From positions 6,696,001 to 6,760,000 of the forward strand of contig CM102283.1 in the NCBI GenBank assembly GCA_046563655.1: a DNA stretch of 64,000 nucleotides, read 5' to 3'. The position numbers and the translations under genes were made by a program. Positions 51,978 through 64,000 of the stretch are shown piece by piece. How positions within the stretch are numbered: position 1 is the stretch's first letter; each line of letters opens with the position of its first letter. This DNA comes from Yuukianura sp. NJ FZ-2021 (taxonomy: Eukaryota). Below the pieces are notes generated by a model. That model made no database searches. It saw only the letters and a program-made list of their open reading frames with translations, and was not told where the DNA came from.

Positions 51978-52897
51978 AAGAATTCGTTTAGAGTCACCTC
52001 AGGCCGCCAAAAATGATTCCGAATTCCTATATTTTGGTTAAATCAACCTTCCATCACAAGACAAGATCAATCTAAATTAAAAGTAGTTTCCTCATCTAAC
52101 TTCTCTTGTCGTTGATCTCTGCTGGCTGATGGAAATTTGCTTCGACTCACTATCTTCAATAAGTAATTTATTCAGCTTAATTTCTATTTAATTTCAATTT
52201 AATTTGAAACGTCAGCAGCAGGAGACAAACACAGAGTTAAAAGCTACAAAAAGCTAAACTTTACTTGAGGATAATCGCAAATGTTATTGTGTTATATAAT
52301 TTTAAATTCAAAACTTTTATTTTTTGTGTTATTGAACTCCATGATTCCTACTGAAGATTAAAAGTAGCGCACTGCACTACAGCCCATACATTTATAATTT
52401 AGAATTAATTTTAAAAAAATAGGTTAAAAGCGTGCAGTGATAAAAATTTGGATGATTTACAAATTAATTGATCCAAGTTCTTACCTCTGCACGATTTTAG
52501 CCTTTAAATGAACCGAAAAACTAAAAGTTTAATTAACATTAAGGACAATTACTGGAGTCTCTTTTTAGCATCAAGAGAGCCACACACTAAATGTTTACGC
52601 TTCAAGCATGTTTGTGTTTACCAGGAAAAGTTATGTGATGATGACAAAGTTTAACGTTCCAGTTTTAACCAGCCTAGCTTTTGATTAAATCTTATTTGTG
52701 AGAAAACACTGGAACTTTTTGTGTGATTAAATTGTAAAGATGATTCATGAATTCAGACTAAAAGTCAACTTAAACAGTAGAGTAGAGTAGAAGCTTCCTT
52801 GCATTTCTTCGTGTTTAATTTGTATATTTTATGAAAATTTCCAGAAAGATTTCCATGCTCTAATTCTAGACGTCAACATTGATGAATCAACCTTACC

Positions 52898-52934
52898 TAT
52901 AAAGTCTGAGATTTTGGACTAATTTTCATCAGTT
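52898..52934 (+). promoter_or_regulatory. TATA box + initiator
   Basis: TATAAA at 52898-52903, TCAGTT at 52929-52934, ATG at 52993. Confidence 0.6.
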
Positions 52935-52992
52935 AAGTTTGCTTGCTCCAAATCAAAACAAGTTTAAAAAAAAAGTCTCAAGCCTTGCCAAA

Positions 52993-53379
52993 ATGAAAAT
53001 CTTCAGAATCTTTTGGCTGCTGTTCTTTGCAATTGCAGCAACTTTTGCCTTAACTGCTGCAAATCCTACTGACGCCACTACAACTCCGGCTCCAGCTACG
53101 ACAATTATGCCAGAAAATAGGTCTGACGAATCGCCAACCACTCCAATTCCAACCATTACTGTTGCACCAACAACAATGAAAGCATCGGTGGGGTCTCACG
53201 AATCAACAGAATCAGCTGAAACCAATTCTACTGAGGTAAATCTACCAATTATAAAGTTCATTGAGTGTCAGAACAATATTAACGATTCATTGAGGACAAT
53301 ACTAACGTTTCTGACATCAAAAAATCGTTTTTGAATTTTCCAGTGCGCGGGCCCAGATTGCAGTGGCAAAACTGACTGA
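52993..53379 (+). CDS. Small secreted Thr/Pro-rich (mucin-like) peptide, ~92 aa
   Basis: Signal peptide MKIFRIFWLLFFAIAATFALTAA; T/P/S/E-rich body; exons 52993-53235 and 53344-53379 (CAGPDCSGKTD*); TATA/Inr upstream. Confidence 0.7.
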
Positions 53380-53849
53380 AGCAAAAAATGTTCAGATGAA
53401 CAACTACTTTTAAAATTTGCTTCACCCGAACAACTTTTGACCAAGAATTTGCCCATGATGCTCATGCTTTTAAGGAATTTTCACTGCATCTACTAAATAC
53501 TGCCTGCGCTTGCTGTATCTGCTTTATACAATTGTCTGATGATTTTGTTAGATTATACAAAAATCTAAAAATCAAATTCCATAAATGTTAGCTTGTACAT
53601 CTTATTACTGCAAATAAATTCTTATTGGCTGAAGTTTTAGCAAGGTTTGAATTTTTACAAATGTTCGCTACTTTTCCAAGAAAAGTTTCCGCTATTTTTG
53701 ACAAGGTCAGCAGGGGTCACGTATCACGCAAGGTCATCTTGAGTTCTGTTTGCTTATGCGTTGGTGGAAATCTGGAATTAGTAAAAAGAGAAAACAGACT
53801 TTATGTATTCCTTATTTTTGTTTACTTATGTTTAATTCCTTCCAACTTA

Positions 53850-54569
53850 CTAGATGCTGATATCTCCGAAGTATTCGAGACGATGGAAGTCAGGCCCAGT
53901 GTACTTTCCTTGGGGAACTGGAAATAGTGACATGTAGGTCCTGTCCTCTCCAGAGTAGTGAATAGCATAGGCATTGAACTTTGACACGGTCGCTGGTAAG
54001 AACTCAAATGGAATCAGTACCTTCCCCTTCCAGCGCCGTCCTCCGCCATTAGGCGTATCGTATATTTCCGCAGTGTAGTTGTTCAGTAGAAGGTTCTTGT
54101 TAGTAGGATTTCTCACTCCTTGGAGGAAGTACAGTAGATAGTGACCTCTAGGCCCCAATTCAACTTCCAAGTATTTAGTGCCTTCTCCCAGGAAAAATAC
54201 TTCCACTACTTCGTAGTCCCACAGTCCATCAACTCGTCCTGGAATGCTGGATACTCCTTCCGGTAGCTTCGGATCGTCATAGAATGGAGCATCTACGGTA
54301 ATTAGCAGTCCAGTTTCATTGTCACCGCTGCTACTCCTTTCAGAAGAAATGGAAATTGTTATTTCCGGTTTGTCGTATGGTATTCTGTCGTCCCAAGTTT
54401 TGGTCAACTTGTACTCCATTGCTCCAGCACAATTCAATCCAAGCGCAAACAGGACACTGAAATAAAAATTAAAAGTAAAACTTAAAAACTTAAAACATGA
54501 ACTTAATACCACGAGCTTAAAAGCGACAGATTACTTTATCACAATGAGGAGAGAGGTAGCCGAATTCAT
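53850..54569 (-). CDS. C4orf33: UPF0462 / C4orf33 homologue with N-terminal signal peptide
   Basis: TWD, DAPFYDDP, LWDYEVVEVFFL, YLEVELGPRGHYL, FNAYAIH.SG, PDFHRLEYF. An upstream exon (ATG 54569) adds MNSATSLLIVINVLFALGLNCAGA. Confidence 0.88.
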
Positions 54570-55037
54570 GGTTTTGGTCAATTAACATGTGATTTATCTC
54601 AGCTTTCATAGAAGCACTGTGTAAAACCTTTACCTTCGGAATATTTGTGTTGTAATGTTCCAATTGCAAGTACATAGAATGAAATGTAAGTTGACTTGAC
54701 TTGACTGTTAATGACACAAAACCTGCTTACTAAACAATTCATTTGGGAGTGTAGATGAGGCGGTGCCAACAATTTTAAGTGGATTTTGATAATTCTGCAC
54801 TGAAATCATAAAAAAAAAAAGTATAATTGTCACTGTTCTAAATTGAATTTTAATGCAGAACCTGCAATTTCTTTTTCTTATCACAAATTTTTTAACTCAT
54901 TCTAACTTTTCCAATATTAAAATGAGATAGATAGAGAAATCGATTACCTAACCTAACATAGAAATCGATTAGCTTACCGGAGGAGGTGCACTTACTTAAA
55001 TACTACTCACTAGGATTCTTGTTACTAGCACGATTAC

Positions 55038-57315
55038 TTATTGTTTCGGAGCAGTTTGGAAGTAAAAATTGATTGGCATCATTTTGATTGGAGAATCTTT
55101 TTGCTTTTTGCTACTAACAGTATTTTTTGAATTTTTGGTAGATTTTGCTTCTCCCTTCGTTGTAGCGTTGGGTTGATGTTCACTTGTTGTTTCAGTAATT
55201 TTTAAGCGTTTAGTTGGTAAGTTAGAGGAAAATGTGACTGTTACATCGTCACTAGACGCAGGTACTTCTGGTTTGGTGTCTTCTGAATATTGACGTTTTG
55301 AGCAATTTTTGTCAATGGCTATCGAGTTAGTAGAATTTGAAGATTCGCTATTTTGCTTGACAATTGAACTAGATGAGGTAAGACGTTCTGTAGTTTCAGC
55401 AGCATCCAGACAGTCTTCGACATGCTTTTGGAGGGTAATAGAGCTGACAAACCTTTTCTGACAAATTGGGCAGTCGAATGCTTGTGCTGGTTCTTTAAAC
55501 ACCAAGAATTGCTTGATACTTCCAGCTGAACAAGTAGAATCTTGGTTCTGATTGGTATTGCCGAATTTCAGAGTTGATATTCTGAGTCCAAAGAGACGGA
55601 GAATCATGCCTTCTTGTTCGGATCTCAGAGATTGAAAAATTGACATGGCTGTTTTATAGATGATTTCAGGGTCGTTAGTGTAGTCCAACAGGGTTCTTAT
55701 TCTTGATCGGACTTCAAAAGTATCCAGCTTGATTTTAACTGCAATGGCTTTCCCAGTACAATTCTTGGACAGCAAATCTTGACTGAGGTCTTCAGCTATA
55801 CGTTGACAAAGGTCTGATATAAAGGTAAGATCCCCTGTTTCTGAAAACGTTCGTTCACAACTAATAGATTTTTGGTCGTCAGAGGCTCCTGAGCTCGTAG
55901 AATTTTCTGAACTGTGGCTAGGAAACGCGAAAAAACTTCTTCCGATTCCAAGAGCTACTCTGAAGAGGAAGTCGGCTGTTGAAGGCTTAAAGAGCAGATT
56001 GAGTGCACCGCGTTTCTCCCAAATGTCGCCAACTTGCTCAATGTCTAGAGCACGAAGAATTCCTTCCGTAGCTTCCCCAATGCCACAAACTTTACGGATT
56101 TTTAAATTCTTCAAAAAGTCTTTGACTTCTGGAGCTTTGAGATAGAACTGCCCGTTGGGCTTGTTCATGTCACTGCAAATCTTGGACAGAAATCCGACAG
56201 GTGAAATGCCTGTTCATGAAATCAAATTATACCAGGGATTCGGTGCTTGTAAGTTGTGAAGTAACCTTACCAGCACTACACGTCAGTCCGTTCGTTGCGA
56301 TGCAAACCTTTTGTCGAATTTCATTCACCGTGGTTTCAATTTTTGTATCTCTGTCATCTTGGTCGGTGAGATTACTGTCGATGTACTCTGTAATGTCCAA
56401 TGAAGCTTCGTCCATGCAAGAGTAGCAGTTGGGGTCATAAGCCCGGTAAACCTTAGCGGCAATTTCACTTGCGGCAGAATACTTCTCGAAATTGGGTGGA
56501 ATTATTATAAGTTTTGGGCACAACTTTTTGGCAATGAATCCAGGCATTGCAGCACGGACTCCGAATTTTCTTGCGATGTAATTTGATGTCGATAACATGC
56601 TATTGCTACCAACGGCCATGGGCTTTTCCCTACATTGATGAAAAATCATGCCAAATTAAGTTTTTTGTCTCATCGGTGTTGATTGACTTCTTACTTGAGG
56701 GTTGGATTATCACGCATCTCCACTGCAGCAAAGAAGCAGTCCATGTCGATGTGAACAATCACTTTAGTAGGATCTTTACTTGATTCGAGATCTCGAGCAA
56801 TCCTATCCACCTACAAATTAGAATAAAACTTGAAATTAGAAATTAGAAAAAGAATGAGGTTCAAATTAGTATGTAAAATTAACCTTTCGTTGAGATTCTG
56901 CAACAGCCAAAGGCGAAAGTTGATCATAAAGTTTTCGCATATCTTTTGACTTCTGTTCAAGTCGTTCCTTCACTTTCTTTTTATGTTCATAAAATTTTGA
57001 ACCTTCCGATGCATCAGCAATGATCTTATTAATTTTGTTGATGTCCAAACCTTGCATTCCGGCCTTCGAATCATTCAAACTGATGACTTGTTCTCTCACT
57101 GGTATTTGCTCTGGCTTAACTTCCGTTCCGAATGCAGGGACATCGAAAGCTTCCAGAGGATGTACATAAGATTCCGATTTGAGAGCCGTGTGATCAAATC
57201 GAGCGGCCATGTCTGTTTGCATCTGTATTTCATCGCTAGCGTTATCATCATCTTCGGAGTTAGTAGGTTTAAGCGAACGCTGATGATCCGTTTCCTTCGT
57301 CGTCTCCAACTCCAT
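55038..57315 (-). CDS. POLK: DNA polymerase kappa (Y-family, DinB)
   Basis: N-clasp LNDSKAGMQGLD..KINKII..ASEGSKFY; VHIDMDCFFAAVE; STSNYIARKFGVRAAMPGFIAKKLCP; DEA; SDMNKPNGQ; KSISCERTF; UBZ CPIC...HVEDCL; C-terminal PIP-like INFYF. Confidence 0.96.
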
Positions 57316-58094
57316 AACAAATTATGGTCTCAGCAGTCAGCACTCAGCAGGTCACCTAGAAACAGTAATCAAGTAATTTAGCTGGCAGTTACCTCATACA
57401 ATTAAATTGTTCCTTTCAGTCGTACTACCTAAATACGTCCGTGATTGATTGATTTGATTCCTGTAAAAAAAACAACAGTACAAAGACAAGCAAACGCAAA
57501 TAAAAAGACGCCAAGCAAACCGAATCAAAACAAAATTCGACTTTTACTCTTGTCTTAGGTATGATTTTCGCGCCATTATGTAGCGGGCGTTATTTCAAGG
57601 AATGCTGTGTTGTAAGTACAATTATTTGTTTAATTAGTTAGGTTATGTTGAAGAAAAACAGGATTAATTAACTCTTACGCCGAATGTGACATAAAATTAA
57701 GTAAGGTCAGTTATAGTAAGGTATATATTCTATTTCCAGAAGATAGACAAACTTTATTCAGTAAACTAAAAAGGAATCCGTAGAAACAACTTGGGAGTGG
57801 GGAGCGTGCGCAAGCATACCTCGTGGGTCGTTGCTCCATTACAAAAATGCAAAGAATGCAAGTTTGAACTTCATTTGCATTTCCCCTTGGTTTGACCTTG
57901 AGCAAAGACGAAGAACACAGACGGACGACACAAAAACGCAAAAGTCTTCAACTTTTTAGTTGTCTCATTATCGATCTTGAAGAAGTCTGCAAGTCAGGTA
58001 TCCCTCTCGTCTCTGAATATTACTTCAATCATTTAGTCAAAGTTCTGTTACTTTCCTCAGCGATTGTTTTTAACCTTAGTAGTTGGTTGATAAC

Positions 58095-59471
58095 ATGTCA
58101 TCAGGACTGGATTTCAACCCGGTCGAGGATCCCGGCCACCACTATTCAGTTTCAAGTCGTATTAAGAAGAGAATGGCAGCGAGAATTAAACTTCTCAATT
58201 CGACATTGACCCAGCGGGGTGTGGCTGACCCTGCAGTCCCTGCCTACGAGGCCCCTGTGGCGGTGGCCCCTTTCCAGCCGATGTCTACTAAAAAGGAAGT
58301 CCACTGGGCTCCAAGTATTCAGAACGGCTCGAACAAGATGAATTTTTTGCAAAGTACGAAGATTACTCCGATGCGAATTGGACTTGAACGTAAGACTAAA
58401 ATTAGACTAAACAAGATAAATCTTGCGCGTGAAACAAAATTCATTTGCATTCGGTTGTTTGTGTAGGAATGGGAATGGCTGGAAACGAAGAGACATCGAT
58501 TACGACACACAATTTGTGCTCTCCTACAGTGGGTCCACCGCGGGCTAATTTTTGGCACGACCCATCGGATCCTGCCTTTGACATCACTGACAAGTTTTGT
58601 GTCGTTCGTGTGGAGTCTCCGAACAAGTTTTGGGTAAGCAAATACACAGTTAAAAACTCAGTTTTTAAACTGTTGATTAACTAAAGTTTGAAATCAATTT
58701 CTCACAGGTCCAGAACCTGAATCAAGCTTGTGAGTTCCGTGCTATGGAAGCGGACATGACACAATGGTATAACAAATTCTGGGCTCACGAAGCTGAGCCA
58801 ATGCAACCTCAAGATATCATCGAAGGAGGATTCTATGCTGCATACCTTCCTGATTACCAACAATGGGCCAGGTTAGTCTACTTGTAAATTAAAAAGCCAT
58901 ATTCAATTAGCAACTTTATAATCAAAAGTTTATCTCTCAATAGAGCCCGTGTCGTTGAATTTGTATACGGTAACCGTCCTGCCAATATGGAGTATATCGT
59001 TCACCTTCTGGATTATGGCTCAGAGAGGATGCTGACACTGGAGAATTTGTACTACCTAAGACAAATCTACCTCAAACTGCCCATGCAATCAGCCCAAATG
59101 GAAATCTACTGTAAGATTTCACTTCAACATTTACATTTATAACTTGAGTAGCTTCATTCCAACATAACTTCTTAATTATTGCATGGTTTGCATTAACAGA
59201 TGAAGGGGAGTCGCGTATTTTCACTCCTGAGGAAAGCCTTCAGTTCAAAAACGACATCGGTGGGGAGGAGATTGACGTGATCGTGTTGTCAGTTCGAAAG
59301 GAGTACGATCTCGTCTTTCCAGTTGTTCGCGGAGTCTTCATGAAGCACCCAGTCAAGTCTACCAAACAACGACTTCAACCGTCAGATTTTTATAGTCTTA
59401 ACGGGAAACTTCAGGTGACTCAGCTTATCCAGGATCTCACGCAATTCCAGGACAGTCTGGAAAGTATTTAA
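58095..59471 (+). CDS. Single extended Tudor-domain protein
   Basis: VVRVESPNKFWVQ...MEADMTQWY...IIEGGFYAAY..DYQQWARARVV...VHLLDYGSE...LYYL..IYLKLPMQS. 5 exons; start uncertain. Confidence 0.8.
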
Positions 59472-59828
59472 AAAGTGCTGGACGAAGACAATTTCTCAAG
59501 TTACTATAGGTAAAACTGGACTTCATTTGCTATTTCCTAATTGAGATTTATACAATTTAACTTAGTAGTTTTCTTAGTATCGCTTTTTCTCATATCTTAC
59601 ATCTTAGTCCAGGTTTTTTTAAGTCCAGTACATTTCTTGTTTCCTAGAGTTCCAGCAGTTTACAATTTTTCAATTTTTGTGCTTTCACTTGTGATTCCAT
59701 TTTCTTTAGTATTTTTCGACACATCTAAATGAGTTCGCGCTTTTCGGTTAAGATCATTTAGGTTTCAGTGAAAGTTAATTAAACAGTATTATTAGTTATC
59801 CAAAATACAGTCATTTTAATTTGTATTG

Positions 59829-62005
59829 TCATCGGTTATGAATCATAAGTTCATCAGGACTGTCGCTACTGATGTAGCCAAACATTGGATTCAGAATGAC
59901 CCGAACACTTTCTTCCGACGGAGAGATTCGAAGCCCCTCGAGACTATTTAGTCTCTGGATTCCACTTCCAGCGTAATTCAATTGTTCAAATGGAACAATC
60001 TGTTCGTGGTATCGATACAATGTCGCCAGTGAGTCGTCCGTCGTCCTTACAGAAGTTGTTGTCGACATTGGACCAACGCGACACGGTGATCCAACTTTCA
60101 GAAGCGTTTCAGTTTTTCCAATGGACTCACTCCCTTCACTCTTCCTGTCACCAAATCCAATCTTGGACATGAAATTGAACTGAACTGTTGACATCCACGA
60201 CTTTTTGGGACCTGGAAGCTCATTTTGCAAGATCAGCGTTGGAGACTTTGGTTTTGGAATGGCCAGTAGTGATGGGATGATGGCTGATTCACCTTGGCCC
60301 AGGTTTTCCCGGGAATCCAGTCGAACGAAAACGTTTTGTCTCGGTTCAGCCTTGTCTTCTGTCAGAGAATACGAAGAAACTTTTTGCTTTGGTGACCTCT
60401 GGTGACCTTGTGTTGTAAACAGGGCAGTATTGGAAGGATTCGTCCCTTGGTCTTTGGTCATTCTTCGGAAGATGTCTTGGACGTAGGATCTTGTTGAAGA
60501 TGTCGTCGGAAAGAGGAAGTTCGATACAGTTTCTCGGACAAGATTCTTCTTACTCCTGAACTGAGTGCTGACGGAGCGCATGACGGCGGCTGAAGATCGA
60601 CGAAACGATACTAACGACTTTTGAAATCGTTTTGACTTCGTTTCCGGCTCAGGCTCCAAGTCTCTTGGTTCGGTATCCATAACGGTATGTAGAACCTCGA
60701 TCTCGACCTCCGCCTTGGCCATGTTCGGCGACCTTTGACCTGTTCCTGTTTTCCTGGACTGATGCTTCGCTGATGCTCGTTTGAGTTCAACCGGTACGCT
60801 GACTTTGGCTAATTTCTTTTTAATTATAGAATGTATCCAGCAGTCACAAGTTGTAAGAATGACAAGAAATAACGAAATGAAGGCGCTGATGACCAGAAGA
60901 GTTCCTACGGCTTGACCGATGATCGCGTACCTGTGGAACTCGGTTGTCAAACTTTCGGGAAATGTGGACAAACAACCCTGACAGAGTTTCAAAAATTCAG
61001 AAAATTTTCAAAATTTCGAACAAAACTTGTCGAGAAGTTCATACTGGCTGGCTTACGCGGTTACGCATTGGAGCGTAAGTGACGTCGTGAGGGCTAATTC
61101 CGAATGAAGCTGCTCCACACTTCGGTTTTGGATTGAAACAGCAACTATCAGGAAAGCTTTGATTGGACTTGTGGTGGTGGTACGGCGTCTGTATCCAGTC
61201 GTGGAACTCAGTAAACCCACAGCAATCCCGCTGTTCTAAGCCGAAAACACATTTCAAAATTGTGAAAATCTTTTTTTTTCCAGAGTTTGAATTTACGCTG
61301 TTTTGCATCAGGTCCCAGTATGATGTGGAATTAAAAAAGAGAAAGCTTCCTTCCTTTCTTTTTTCGTTGTAATGTTTCATTGAATTTCGCATTGAGTTCA
61401 ATAGCTTGCTCATGGCTTCATTGTCCCAGTAAATCGAGTAGCCCAACGACCAATCAAATCCAAGCGCAGCAAACATTAACGTGATATGCTATACAAAAGT
61501 TAAATTTCACTAATTTTAACCCAATTAATGTTATTTATCGACGTAGAGTCAGATTTCAACTTAGGTTTAGCTTTGATTTACTTACGATGATCTGAGAAAT
61601 GACGCTGGGGCAGCTATATTGGACGACTCCAAAGATTGACCCAGAGGTCACTGCGATTCCATTGTACAGCAGTAAGGTCAATGGGTTAAGATGGATGAGC
61701 GTTTGAATTTGAAATGGCGAGCGACCGTGGTCTACATAAGTGTTCTCATCGAACGGCGGAGTATTGACCGTCAGAGCTCCAAGGACACCGCACAGTGTAG
61801 CCACAACTCCAATAACCTATGGAATTGCAGCCATATTTGAAAAATGTTGCCATAAACTACAATTTTTTTTGTAATTTATGGATTTTTTCTTTTGGAAAAT
61901 TTGTATTGAATGTTTTGTTACCAGCAGCAGTAGGCTTGAAATGACAATGATAAGTCGTAGATCAAATTTGAGTAATTTATAGCCCTTCCTTATGACTGCC
62001 CGCAT
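59829..62005 (-). CDS. Divergent tetraspanin with very long C-terminal cytoplasmic tail
   Basis: Four hydrophobic segments. Large loop with WDLMQ..RDCCG..DW, PDSCC, GCL. TM4 YAIIGQAVGTLLVISAFISLFLVIL followed by ~340 aa Ser/Thr/Lys-rich tail. Start uncertain. Confidence 0.8.
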
Positions 62006-62151
62006 TCTGCCAATGCTAATCAATCAAAAAATTTGTTTTGAATTTGTTTCTTGAAATTCAATATTTGCTTTTGTTTCCAGCACAAGTTTCCTGAAAACCA
62101 ATAAAACGTTTTTTCAAACAAAGTGGAACAATCCGATGCACTATAACAACA

Positions 62152-63139
62152 ATGTCTCCGGGACAAATCACGTTGTTTATGGCTCGATTTCTGAAAATTT
62201 ACTGCGCAAGCGCAGACATCGTCACTGGATTTCTTCACTCCGCAACACAAACTTTGAAATCATTTTTGTTCAAGTTTATCCTATACTTCCTGCTAACAAA
62301 TTACGACAAAGAGAACCTCTCCATGTCATTTTGTGCTGTAAACACGTTGGACGGTGAGTCTGAAACCAGATTGTCAAGTACAACAATTCAACCAATCGCT
62401 GCAGCGTCTAACGCCAATCGACCAATCACTGGACGCTCATCGTCCAATGCTGGCGCCAAACCTTTGAAATCATCCAAAACCTACACCATTTTGGTAACAA
62501 AAAATGAAGGTTCGGGAACTTCTGCTGAAACTTTGGTCGAATCTGAAACTATTACTGTAAGTGGCCGTTCTCCGCGCAAACGCAATGACGGCAGTCAAAC
62601 TTCAGTCAACAATCGAGGTACTGGAACAATTTTTGTTAAATTTTTTATAAAATGGTAATAATTTATACAATTTTAATATATTTTATATGTTTTTAGGTTT
62701 TGAATTGTACGGCTCATGTTCCACAAAGTCCAACCGAGCAATGATTGCCAGCGCACTGGAGCGCTCCGTCTTTCCAGGACCTCCGCCCGGCCCATCTCTT
62801 CGAACCGAAGTTCTGGAAGCGCTTTCCAGCGTTCCAGTGACCGTGACGCACTTTCTGATTCTTTTTCGAAACGCTGAGTCATGTCCATACCGTGGCCTGT
62901 ATATCTTCAACCCACTCACTAACGTCATGGACAAGATCCATGGTCATGGTCCAGCCATTGTCGCCAGTGATGAAGCTATTGACCACTTTCTCAAGTTCAA
63001 TTCTGCTTCAAAAGGATTTGAAATTGTGCAGACCAAGCACCTCTCAATTACAATCGACGCTTTTACGCTGCCCAATTCGTATTGGCTTGGAAAAAAAGCT
63101 GGACCTATCATCAAGAAAAAGCAAAACAGATTCCTCTAA
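62152..63139 (+). CDS. Stand-alone CKK (CAMSAP/Patronin C-terminal) domain protein
   Basis: Two exons (intron 62618-62696). Exon 2 LY..STKSNRAMIASAL..SVFPG...HFLILFRN..CPYRGLY...KIHGHGP...KFNSASKGF..VQTKHLSITIDAFTL...W matches CKK. Start may be 62152, 62179 or 62323. Confidence 0.85.
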
Positions 63140-64000
63140 TGTAAAAAAGAAGTCAAATTTTGAAAGTTAGGGTTGTTAACTTAAACATTTGCATTTAGTG
63201 TAAAAAACAAGTCTTCAATTTTTGAAATATTAGTTTTTTTAGCCAAAATTTTTCATAGTCAACAGAAAAAAATTTCGCGAACTCGTTTTTTCAATTTCAT
63301 TTTTCAACCGAGAAGTTTTAGTTTTCTTGGGCTCAAAATTAAGACTTCCTGTATCGTATTAAATATTTTTCGAATCTCATATGAATAAAAATGGAAGAAA
63401 TTGATTGTTAAAATTGAGAAAATTGAGTTTGAAAAAGTCAAGGTCATAAGATGGGTGTCAAATTCTTTTCATGTTCTCAAATATCAATTTCGGAGACGCG
63501 ACTAAAGTTTACATAGAGTTTCTTTTCTCAACTTTGTTTTTCCATAGGTTAGGTGACTTTTTTGAAAAAGTGAAAGCGACACTATTAATTTAGATGTGAC
63601 TTTCTCCTTTCATTTGGCGTTAAATTGTCTTTTGTAAAACCAAACAGCTTGTAAGAATTCAATTTCGAAATGTGATATAGGAGCTAGCATCAAGCGAGGA
63701 ATGGAAAGTTTTCATAAGAAAGCCGTTTTTTTTTTTGGAAATGTCGTTCCGTTGTTCTGAAAATTCTGGAAAGACAGACACCCAACCACTATAAGAATCC
63801 GGAGCTTTTGCCACCCTGGCCTCCAGTTGCGCCCCGATTCACACAAGTTTAGCACGAAGTGAAAGTCAGCTTTCAGTCTCGCAGGGAAAGTCGGGGTGAA
63901 AGGGTTGAAGCAGCTTCAGAGCCAACCATTTTCAAAATTCTAAAATTTTGAAACAGTAACGAAACGGCTACTGATAATCGGTACTACCGATTATTCCGAC

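Noticed and set aside
53377-53500. Frame stays open ~38 codons past the UGA of the mucin-like peptide
   Set aside because: UGA-A context and unremarkable extension; compatible with chance in a 3'UTR.
54945-54960. ACCTAACCTAAC telomere-like motif
   Set aside because: Only two units; such motifs recur in this AT-rich sequence and there is no flanking structure.
55038-57315. Horizontal transfer of bacterial dinB
   Set aside because: Eukaryotic N-clasp, UBZ, PIP-like end and introns indicate native POLK.

Overview
Gene-dense, AT-rich eukaryotic nuclear DNA with short (~55-110 nt) spliceosomal introns. It looks arthropod, and gene content and style suggest a springtail (Collembola), though that is inference. 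I assembled about 25 intron-containing protein genes by hand: a CUB-domain trypsin (runs off the left edge), mitochondrial ferredoxin FDX2, mitochondrial Met-tRNA synthetase, a WW + 3xCUE-like protein, heparan-sulfate 2-O-sulfotransferase, six tandem VMO1 (beta-prism) genes, an uncharacterised protein, a THAP-finger protein, UFL1, a divergent eIF2a-kinase/Wee-like kinase, NR2C2AP, a Rab28-like GTPase, a Cys-His-Asp (NAT/transglutaminase-like) protein, ING4/5, YKT6, a small secreted mucin-like peptide, a C4orf33 homologue, DNA polymerase kappa, a Tudor protein, a long-tailed tetraspanin and a stand-alone CKK-domain protein. Non-autonomous DNA elements with clear target-site duplications include a 2.5-kb foldback/MULE-like element carrying two nested MITEs, plus three other MITEs. 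The most notable observations are: (i) an in-frame UGA interrupting an otherwise continuous ATG-initiated frame upstream of the putative catalytic Cys of the NAT-like gene; (ii) a ~300-nt structured element in ING4/5 intron 1 with a telomere-template-like motif and its own splice acceptor; (iii) a CKK-only 'mini-Patronin'; (iv) a Rab28 with a natural switch-II Gln-to-Leu change; (v) a dense nuclear-receptor site cluster with a near-perfect ecdysone response element next to the VMO1 array. Exon structures were read by eye and family calls rest on remembered motifs; no searches were run.
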